Part shown: positions 1-8,400 of the stretch, piece after piece | Position numbering within the stretch: the first letter of the stretch is position 1 | How the letters are laid out: every line of letters begins with the position of its first letter | IMG/VR virus record: IMGVR_UViG_3300035492_000411 | Coordinates: 6-64,005 of that record | Direction: 5' to 3' (one strand) | Length of the DNA: 64,000 nt | Origin: a virus | The notes under the pieces: generated by a model | Databases searched by the model: none | The model's input: the letters and a program-made list of their open reading frames with translations, nothing else | Told to the model about the DNA's origin: nothing | Program-made: the position numbers and the translations under genes

Positions 1-568
1 GAGTATTGGGCACGTGCGGGCCACGGCACATGTCCACGTACTCTTCGTGGTAGTACAGCCCCATGGCCTGCGCATCCGGCATGTCATCGATCAGGCGCAA
101 CTTGTACTCTTCACCGCGCGCCCTGAAGACCTCGATGACCTCGGCACGGGGTGTCATTTTCTTGATGACGTCGTAGTCCTTATCAATCAGCTCTTTCATG
201 CGCTGTTCGATGGCCGCCATGTCCTCAGGCGTGAAAGGACGACCGATGGCGATGTCGTAATAGAAGCCTTCTTCGATGACCGGGCCGATCACCATCTTGG
301 CATCCGGATAGAGCTGCTTGACCGCGTGCCCAACCAGGTGCGCACAGGAGTGGCGAATGATTTCCAGCCCCTCTTCGTCCTTCGGCGTAATGATCTGCAG
401 GGTGGCGTCGCGATCGATCACATCGCAGGCATCGACCTGCTTGCCGTCGACCTTGCCGGCCAGCGTGGCCTTGGCCAGGCCCGCACCAATGGATTGAGCG
501 ACCTCCAGTACTGATACCGGATGATCGAACGAACGCTGACTGCCGTCGGGAAGAGTAATGATGGGCAT
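1..568 (-). CDS. thrS: Threonyl-tRNA synthetase, N-terminal part (runs off left edge); absent from the ORF track
   Basis: Manual translation from ATG at 568: [40 protein letters not shown]...[19 protein letters not shown]...[11 protein letters not shown] (TGS + editing domain); SD AGGAGG upstream. Confidence 0.97.
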   Translation of the reverse strand, partial: MPIITLPDGSQRSFDHPVSVLEVAQSIGAGLAKATLAGKVDGKQVDACDVIDRDATLQIITPKDEEGLEIIRHSCAHLVGHAVKQLYPDAKMVIGPVIEEGFYYDIAIGRPFTPEDMAAIEQRMKELIDKDYDVIKKMTPRAEVIEVFRARGEEYKLRLIDDMPDAQAMGLYYHEEYVDMCRGPHVPNT

Positions 569-587
569 GGCGCCTCCTCTCCTAGTG

Positions 588-608
588 GTGACCCCTACCA
601 AAGGTCAC
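588..608 (-). promoter_or_regulatory. thrS operator hairpin mimicking a tRNA-Thr anticodon arm (GGU)
   Basis: GTGACCT-TTGGTAG-GGGTCAC: 7-bp stem, 7-nt loop with central GGT, directly 5' of the thrS SD; parallels E. coli thrS operator domain 2. Confidence 0.7.
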
Positions 609-647
609 GTGGGTTGGGATGAGCCAGGAAGCGATTCGGCGGCGTAT

Positions 648-664
648 CTGCCTAACGATGGCAG
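648..664 (-). promoter_or_regulatory. Second thrS leader anticodon-like hairpin (CGU)
   Basis: CTGCC-ATCGTTA-GGCAG: 7-nt loop with central CGT; parallels E. coli domain 4. Confidence 0.55.
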
Positions 665-823
665 GAGCCCTGCTACGGGCCAACCAGAACCGAACCAAGT
701 CACTGGAAGTAAGGTTGCGGATGCTTCCAGAAAGCACCGCCCTCTGACAAGACATCCATACGAATATCAGGCAATTTCCTGCAACAGCGCCCGAGAAAAC
801 CAAAGCCACTAAATTGCAGGAAC

Positions 824-852
824 AAAAAAGGGTCGCCTGAGCGACCCTTTTT
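824..852. terminator. Intrinsic (bidirectional) terminator downstream of the tRNA 3' end
   Basis: AAAAAAGGGTCGC-CTGA-GCGACCCTTTTT. Confidence 0.88.
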
Positions 853-859
853 ATCGATT

Positions 860-910
860 TGGTAGGCACAATTGGACTCGAACCAACGACCCCCACCATG
901 TCAAGATGGC
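860..910 (-). repeat. Prophage att site: 3' half of tRNA-Val(GAC), anticodon arm to CCA
   Basis: Minus strand CCATC-TTGACAT-GGTGG-GGGTCGTTGGTTCGAGTCCAATTGTGCCTACCA; T-arm and CCA present, D-arm and 5' acceptor strand absent. Confidence 0.9.
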
Positions 911-992
911 GGCAAGCCATGCCTAACCTATTGAAGCGCAAGGAAAAAAGGGTAATTCAAGGCGCCTAAAAACCCGGCAAAAGTACACGAAA

Positions 993-1005
993 AATCAATA
1001 ACTTA
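993..1005 (+). promoter_or_regulatory. IHF-binding site in att arm
   Basis: AATCAATAACTTA matches WATCAANNNNTTR; a partial second site (TCAA-N4-TTA, minus) lies at about 923-934. Confidence 0.7.
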
Positions 1006-1009
1006 CGAC

Positions 1010-1025
1010 CTGTATTTTCCTACAG
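1010..1025. promoter_or_regulatory. LexA/SOS-box-like palindrome in att arm
   Basis: CTGT-ATTTTCCT-ACAG matches CTGT-N8-ACAG. Confidence 0.4.
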
Positions 1026-1071
1026 TAGTCGCCACCGACCGGGGCGTTCTGAATACCCAACACCCCTGTTT

Positions 1072-1569
1072 TCAGGGCATCAGCCTGGCCCTGCACGAAC
1101 TGTAGGCCGCGCTCAATATCTCGACTTCGCTCAAGGCTGCGCTAAGGCGCCGAGTATTTTCTGCCGGTAGTACCCCGTCGGCCGTGCCGGCGTCTCCTGC
1201 ACGATCTTCGGCACTGGCGGCTGCGTCACCTGCGGCGCCTCCACTACAACTCCCGGCTGGACTGGTGACGATCCGCACGCGCACAGGGCGAGACTCAAGC
1301 TCGCCAGCAAGGCGATCAATTTCAGCTTTCGCATCTGCATCCTTCCTCTCCTGATCGGCAGCGGCCTTGTTCAGCGCCGCCTGCTTTATGTCCCGTTGCG
1401 CAGTCAGTTCGGCCAGCTTCCTCTCGGCCTGCTGGTTCTGCTGCTCCACCTGGCCAGCCAGCTCGCCGTACTCGCGCAGCATTGAGGCTCGCCCCGCCAC
1501 AAACCCCATGCCAGCCAGTAGCGCCAAGGCGGCTACGGCAAGCAGGGCGTCCACGATCCTCTCCTTCAT
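1072..1569 (-). CDS. Rz: i-spanin (Rz)
   Basis: Likely start MKERIVDALLAV.. with GGAG SD; N-terminal TM, coiled coil, position after endolysin. Confidence 0.88.
   Translation of the reverse strand: MKERIVDALLAVAALALLAGMGFVAGRASMLREYGELAGQVEQQNQQAERKLAELTAQRDIKQAALNKAAADQERKDADAKAEIDRLAGELESRPVRVRIVTSPAGSCSGGAAGDAAASAEDRAGDAGTADGVLPAENTRRLSAALSEVEILSAAYSSCRARLMP
1131..1340 (-). CDS. Rz1: o-spanin lipoprotein (Rz1) embedded in Rz
   Basis: Signal peptide with lipobox LCAC, Pro-rich; alternative frame entirely inside Rz; start 1340 or 1334. Confidence 0.85.
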   Translation of the reverse strand: MQMRKLKLIALLASLSLALCACGSSPVQPGVVVEAPQVTQPPVPKIVQETPARPTGYYRQKILGALAQP

Positions 1570-1574
1570 ACCCT

Positions 1575-2096
1575 TCACTCCTGGGCGGCGATACACTTGG
1601 CATGCCGCTCCTGTTGGCGCGTCCACACGCCCCGGCAGCCTTTCGGCCCCCAGTTCTGCGACAGCTTGCAGTCGCGCCCGGCCTGGAACCGCCATTTCAG
1701 CAGGGCATCACAAGCCGCCCGATATTCGCCGGCCAGCAGGTGGCGACGCATGGATGACTGCCGCCAGTTGCCGATGCCGTACTGCCCGGTGAAGTCCAGA
1801 TACAGGTCGTACTCGGCCTGGAACAACTTGACGCCAGGGATCGAGGCCCGAAAAAGCTGCTCGTCCTTCGCCATAAGGTTGCGAGCCAGTTGCTCGGCAC
1901 GCTCACGGGTGATCGGCGGATCGGTGAGCTTCACCGGCGTACCGTCTTCGTAGCGGGTAGAGCCGTGACCGATGGTCGGCACGTCTCCTGCGGTCGGAAT
2001 GTACGGTGTCGGGCTGTAGCCTTCGCTGGCCTGCCAGGCGCCGAAGCCCGCCAAGCTGATCGCCAGCGCCGCCACCAGCGTCCGCTGGTGGTTCAT
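1575..2096 (-). CDS. Endolysin, GH24 lysozyme, probable SAR type
   Basis: EGY..PY....DVPTIGHGST motif; Ala/Gly-rich hydrophobic N-terminus just before the catalytic Glu. Confidence 0.9.
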   Translation of the reverse strand: MNHQRTLVAALAISLAGFGAWQASEGYSPTPYIPTAGDVPTIGHGSTRYEDGTPVKLTDPPITRERAEQLARNLMAKDEQLFRASIPGVKLFQAEYDLYLDFTGQYGIGNWRQSSMRRHLLAGEYRAACDALLKWRFQAGRDCKLSQNWGPKGCRGVWTRQQERHAKCIAAQE

Positions 2097-2341
2097 GCGT
2101 CACAACGCCCGCGCAAGGCTTCAATGCGCGCCAGGCTCTCGGCCTGCTCACGCTTGTCCCGCCTGTGCTGGAAGTACAAATTGACGCCAAAGCCAGCCAG
2201 CGCAATAGCAACGCCAGCCCAGCCGATCCAGTTTACCGACATCAGCCAGCCGGTGAGGCCAGCCGCCGCACCCACCTGAGTGACCTTGTTGGCGACCGCT
2301 GCGCCAACTACTTCATTTGCAATTCCAGCCTTGTCCGCCAT
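2093..2341 (-). CDS. Holin
   Basis: 82 aa, hydrophobic segments, charged C-tail, ATGA overlap with endolysin. Confidence 0.8.
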   Translation of the reverse strand: MADKAGIANEVVGAAVANKVTQVGAAAGLTGWLMSVNWIGWAGVAIALAGFGVNLYFQHRRDKREQAESLARIEALRGRCDA

Positions 2342-2394
2342 GCGGCCACCCTTCCCATAGATTATTGGGCGCCATGCCCTGGTCGATGGCGTGG

Positions 2395-2435
2395 AGTTTT
2401 GGCCACCATCCGGTGGCGGCCAAGCTCTACAGGGG
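2395..2435 (-). promoter_or_regulatory. Late promoter copy 1 (lysis cassette)
   Basis: CCCCTGTAGAGCT-N22-AAAACT. Confidence 0.7.
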
Positions 2436-2440
2436 TTTGG

Positions 2441-5400
2441 TTATTCCTCGAACACGCCGCGCACCCTGGCGAAGTCCTCCCTCAGTTGCTGGCGCATGGC
2501 GCGCGGCGCGGCGTCGGCGATGCGCTGATCTTTCGACTTGCCCATCTCGCGCACGCGGCGCATTACGTCAGGCACGCTGATCAACATAGGCTGATCCGGG
2601 TTTCTGGCATTCCAGTCAGCTACCGCGTCGCGCGCCTCCTGCACCTTGGACGGGTCTTTCTCAAACACGCCCTGCGCCCACAGCGCGCGAATCTCTTGGG
2701 CGCGCATGCTGTAGAACGCCTTGCTGCGCTGGCCCAGCCAGTTGGCTTCCTGAATGGATGCCACGCTCTGCGGCTGGAAGCCGATGGCTTTCAGTGCCGC
2801 CTCCAGGGTGCTGGTTTCGAGCACCTTGTACCCCTTGTCGTCCCGGTACATGCCGGTGGCAGCCATGTCAGCGCCCTTCGCCAGGTTGCGCACGGCCGCC
2901 GGCGACATCTCCAGCAGCCCGCCCCCTACTTCCCCGCTCGCAACCTTGTGCGCGCCAGAAATCATGCGCTTGACCAGATCGCCAGCCGGGCCGGCAATCT
3001 CCAGCACGTCGCGCGAGTGGTCGTCGCGCTGCTGTAGCAGGCCGGTGCCAGGGATCAGGTTGCCCATCCCCAGGCGCCCGGACACATCGAGCGGAGCGCC
3101 TGGCAGGCCGGTGATGCCTTTGTCGATGAAGCGCGCGATGTCGTCGCCGAATACGTCATGCAGGAACTGCTCTTTGGCCTTCTGCGTGGAGAAGTTGTAG
3201 CCGGCGAGCTGCGCCATGCCGTCAATCAGGTCTTCGGCATCCTCGGCGAACGGCAGGCCGCCCGCGCCGCTCAGCAGCAACAGGGTGGCGAGCATCAGCA
3301 GCGCCGCCTTGCGCCCGTCCTTGCGAGCCTGGCTGCCGGCTTCGCCCTGGTTCCACAGGCGGTGCATCAGCTCCAGGTAGGCAATGGAGTAGGTCTTGAA
3401 GGTCATCAGTGTGCCGCCGACTGCGCCACGGCCCCAGCGCATCTTCGAGGCTTTCGAGTAGATGAATTGGGTTTCTTGCACAGCCAGGCGAGCAAAGGCT
3501 TCGGGGTCGGCAGCGCCATCTTCCTTGGCGATCCGATAGGCGGCAATGAAGGTCATTCGACGGTTCACTTCCTCGGCCGAACCGAACAGCTTGCCCCAGG
3601 CTAGCGACAGGCGGGCCAGCGAGTTGGATGCCAGCGCGCGAGCGTCACCGGAGCGGGTGCCGTCACCGGCTCGCAGGCCGCCCGTGCCGCTGGCCTGAGC
3701 CATCAGTTGGTGAACCTCCTGCGGACTGACCGTGCCGTCTTCCTCGGCCAGGTGCAGCGCCCTGGCCAGATCGGCCTCGTACTGGTGGCCCTTGGTCGCC
3801 ATCTGCCGAGCGGCCTTGCCTAGCTCCTTGGCCGCCCGCTTGGCGCCGCCGTACTGGCTCAACCAGGGGAACGTCACCGCTACCGGCTGCGTCATGTTGA
3901 CGAACGCCGAGGCCACCGAGCCGCCAAGGTACTGGGCAAACAGCAGCCCACGCAGCGCTTGCGCTTCCTCCTGCGGGTTCTTGATGTATTCGGCCAGGCG
4001 CACGGCCGCGTCTTTCAACTCGCCCTGCTCCTGCGGGATCGCGTTGACCGACTCGGACAGGTCGCCCATGTTCAGGCCGGCAGCGGTCTGGCGGGCATTG
4101 GAGTAGACGAACGAAGCCAGCACGCGGCCCACGTCCTCGCTGTAACCGGCGATGCCTTTCCGATGGATCAGGCGCTTCATCGCGGAACGATTGGTCTTGG
4201 TCAATTTCAGATAGTCCTGAAACACCTTGTCCCGCGCGCCGTCGCCCGACGAATCAAGGCCCATCGCGTTGCCGAACAGCTCCAGGGTTTCCGGGGTGAT
4301 CCCGGCGAACAGCTTGAAGGCTTCTTCGGACAGCGTGCCCTGGCTGACGGTCGAGCCTGGGAAAGCGGCTCTCATCTGCTCGGCCATCAGATTGGCTTCG
4401 CGCTTGGTTTCAAACAGGCTGAAATACTGGCGCGCGCCATCCTCCCCAACCACGTCCACGGTGAACTTGCCGAAGCGTGACAGCGGCGCATAGCCCTCGG
4501 CCTGCAGTTGCGCGACCCGCTCGGCTCGATCATTGATACCCTTCGCCGCGTCCATCAGTTGTGCGGCGCGCTCCGGCTGATCTTCGATCAGTTCCGCCAG
4601 GTGCTCTTGCAGGATCAGGCTGGCTTCCTTCGCGTCGGCAGCATCCATCACCCGCTCGCGCATGGCCTTAACGTCGTCACCGCCAAAGCGCAGCATGTCC
4701 GACCGCGCCATCGTGTCCAGGCTGCGATTGATGGCTTCACGGAACTCGCGGTACAGCTCGATCTGCCCATCGCTCAAGCTCCACATCGAGCGGAGCTCGG
4801 CATCCGTCCAGACGATGCCAGGCTTGCGCTCGGACGATTCGTCTACGCGCACAGGCTTGCCGTCTTCGTCGCGCGCCCACATCAGCGTGCCCTCGAAGAT
4901 CGGCGCAGCAATGGCCTTGTTGTCCTTGTCCTTCACCGGCGACTTGGCGATGTCGCGCAAGGTTTCCAGTTTCGGCAGCAGCTTGGGCGCCAGTTCGGCA
5001 GCATCGCTGGCGTAGTGGCTCACGTCGTCGATAAAGCCCTGCGCCGCTTCAAACACCGGCTTGAAGTGCGGCGAGCGCTGCGCCAGGTTGTACATGGTGC
5101 CCACGGTCTTATGCCACCAGCTCAGCCCGCCCGGCGCCGAGAACGTGCGGTTTAGCTCCTGGGTGGCGCGGCTGGCCATGTCGCGCACTGCGGAACGGCT
5201 GAACCGGATGTCCGGGTCAAACTCGTCGAACGCGCCGCTGTTGTCGGTGGCCGACTTCACCTGATAGTTGTTGAAGGCGATCCACACCGGCGTGCCTTTC
5301 AGGCGGATGCCGTCATAGCCCTGCTGCTCAAGGCGCGTGCGCAGGCGACGAGCCTCCAGCGGGCTTTCCACCTCCTGAGATTCCTCCACGCTCATCAGGT

Positions 5401-8400
5401 AGGGGTTCTGGATCGAAGCGTACAAATCCATGACGCGGCCATAGCCCGGCATGCCGTCGCTGGCCTTCTCCGCGTAGTTCTGCGCAGCGCGGCGGTCGGA
5501 CGACATGAAAATGCCCAGCGCCGACGTGGCATGGCCGGTGGCTGAGCCGGCACGGGACTGGTCGAACACGGTGAAGTCAGCGGCGGTGCCGTGGTACAGG
5601 CGCAGCGGCTCGCCGCCGGCGCCAACTACCTGGCTCTTACCGAACCAGCGCTTGAACGCCTCGCCCGTGGTCTGCAGCGGGCGCAGGCTGAAACGAGGGG
5701 CTCCCCTGGCCGAGGAAGGCGCCAGCGTAGACGCATCCCGCATGCGCTTGAGCAGCAGCGCAGTATCCGCATCTGTGCCCTTGGCCAGGCTGGTAAAGCC
5801 ATGATTGCGCAGCCACTCGCGGATCGCGCCCAGGTACGCCCTGGCGGCGGCAGCGGCGCGCTGGGTAAGGCTGGCGGTGGCCGCCTTGCCCTGCAGGTGC
5901 GCCAGCAGCTCGTCGGCCAGGTAGCCGGCGCGCTGCCGCTCACCCATATTGGCGGCGGTTTTCAGGTACAGGCTCATGTCAATGTCGTGCTTGGCGGCCA
6001 GCCGGCGCACGCCGGCCACCCCACCAATCGCGGCGAAGAACTCGCGCAGCGCCGCGTCAATGGCCTGCCGATCACCGCTGAACAGCGCACGGACGCCATA
6101 GTGGCCCTGCCCTTCGTGCGCCAGCGCATCCACAATCGCCGACTCTACGTCTACACTGCGCGCAAATGCACTGGTGACTACATGGACTTTACCGTTGTGA
6201 TATACGGCATTTATCTGGCCCTTGGCCTGATCATTCTCTGCCTGCCGCTCTATCTCTGGCGCCGCAGCGAAAAGCTCCGCCTCGCTTCGATAGACCGCGA
6301 GCTGTGTGCCAAGGTTGAGGCGGGAATTGACCCTTTCGACGATGGCTTTTACTGCATCATGCGAAAGGACGGGCGTTGCTCCTCGGGCTACATTGACCGG
6401 CCGCCGGCTGAATAGCACCTCGTCCTTGCCCGCAAAGGCTTTGTCGTACTCGGCATAGAGCTGGTCAACCGCCTCCAGGCGCTGATAGCGGCTGTCCAGC
6501 CAGGTCGATAGCTTGTGCTCCAGCACGCCGTCGCCGGTTTTCTCATACAGCGCCTTGAGCATCCCTTGTAGGAAATTCTCGTCCTCGCGGCTGTAGTTGT
6601 TCGCTGCGACACGCGCCCGCACGGCAGCACGACGCGCGCTGTCGGCGGTGATGCCCGAGGTGTCGGTGGCCGGCTTGTCGATCACCACCATGCGCGCGTT
6701 GACGGCGGTGTTGACCGGCAGCGCAGCATCCATAAAGGAGTTTTCCGGCAGGCGCTCGCTGGTCGCGCCCAGGTCATCCAGCCAGGCACGGAAGCCCTCG
6801 GCGGCGCTGTTGCTCTGGAAGAATGCGCCCTCACCCATGATCGCCACCAGGCGCCCGCCCGGCTTGAGCAGGCTATAGGCGTGCTGGACGTGCTGAATGT
6901 CACGGCCCTTGCTGAACGGCGGGTTCATGATGATGCGGTCGTAACCGCTCCACGAGCCGCGCTGCTCGATGCCGGTCAGCTCGTCACGGTCGTACCAGCC
7001 GAGCATCTTGCCTTCGCTGCCATCCTCGTTGATCGCGTGCAGGCTCGCGCGACCACTCCACGCAGCGCCACCGTGCATGATGCCCTTGGTGCCATCCGGC
7101 GCCTGGAACACGTCGCCAAAGGTGTAGAAGCTGCGCGGCTGCATGGCCATGAAGTCGTCGCCGACCAGGTGGTAGCCCTTGGCCTGGAGCAGTTCGCGGC
7201 GCTCGCCGGACAGCTCCACCACGTCAGGCTCCACGCCGGTTTTCTCGCGGATCGCGTCGGCGATATGGCCCATGCCGGCGGACGGCTCCAGTACGCCCAT
7301 GCCTTCCTCGATTTCAGCCGCCTCTAGCATGGCGTCTACCACTGCCTCGCTGGTCGGGAAGAAATCGAGCCCGTCGCTGCGCCGGCCAATCATGGCCCGC
7401 TCCATCTGCTTGATCTTGTCCGGGGTGGCCATGGCCTGCTGCAGGTCGGCGAACTCGCGCAGGGCGGCGCGATACTCGCTGCCGGTGTAGATGCCCATGC
7501 CTTCCAGGCGCTTGCGCTTGGCGTGGACGGTTTCGAGCTGCCACGGCAGCTTGATCTTGCTGCCGGCGCGGCGCCCAACGGCCTCAACAATCTCCCGGCC
7601 AAATTCGCCAGACAGGCCAATATGCTTGTCGTCTCCCTGCCAAATACCCTGCTTCATTGCCTCGGACGGCGACAGTACGATACGGTTCACCCCTCGTTTG
7701 AGCGGCAGCACGATAGCTCGGTCGCTCAAGTTCGAGCGGCGGATGGCCCGCTCTGCATCGTCGCGGCTGGTGAACTCGGCGAACTGCTCGCCACGGGCGA
7801 AGCGGCTCACACTCAGCAAGTTATTCTTCGCCCACTCCACATAGGCGTCACTCACGTCGTCGGCCACCTTGAGCAGGCGCTGGCCCAAGTTTTTCAGGCC
7901 GTCCACTTCGATCATCTGGCGGGCAATGCCGGCCAGGTCGGAGCGCATGCCGCCATAGGTCGGGAAGGTCGAGTAATCGACAGTCTCATCGTCAATCGGC
8001 TGGCCACGGTGCCGCTCTTGGTCGGCATAGCTCGGGTACTTGGCGCGAATCTGCGCGTCCTTGGCGTTGCGCAGTTCGGCATTCAGGAACTCGACTTGCA
8101 CCTTCTGGCGCACCAGATCGAGGAACTTGGCTTTGCCGGCCTCTATGGCGTCGGCGATGTTGCTCATGGTGCCCGCCAGCGCTTTGTTGGCGTTGGCGGC
8201 GCCTTCGGCGGCCGAGGCCATGCGCGCCCGGCGCGCGGTGTTGACTTTGCGATCCCGGCCCAATTCCTCGTCGGCGCGCTCATTCAGCGCTGCGGCCATG
8301 GTGCGCAGGCGCTCAACGGCCGATTGGCTGCGGTCGTCTTCAAACGCATCGCGGCGGGCCTGGGCGACTTCCTGGGCCGCCTCGGTGTCGCCGGCCACCA

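Noticed and set aside
14-514. 166-aa plus-strand ORF
   Set aside because: Antisense shadow of thrS
860-935. Complete tRNA-Val gene
   Set aside because: D-arm and 5' acceptor strand are missing; it is the att duplication only
582-941. 119-aa minus-strand ORF
   Set aside because: Reads through the tRNA fragment, terminator and thrS leader; LDMVGVVGSSP is translated tRNA sequence
6182-6415. Convincing-looking TM protein antisense to the giant gene (MDFTVVIYGIYLALGLII..)
   Set aside because: Exactly in register with hydrophilic NAN codons of the sense gene, which forces hydrophobic NTN codons; no SD
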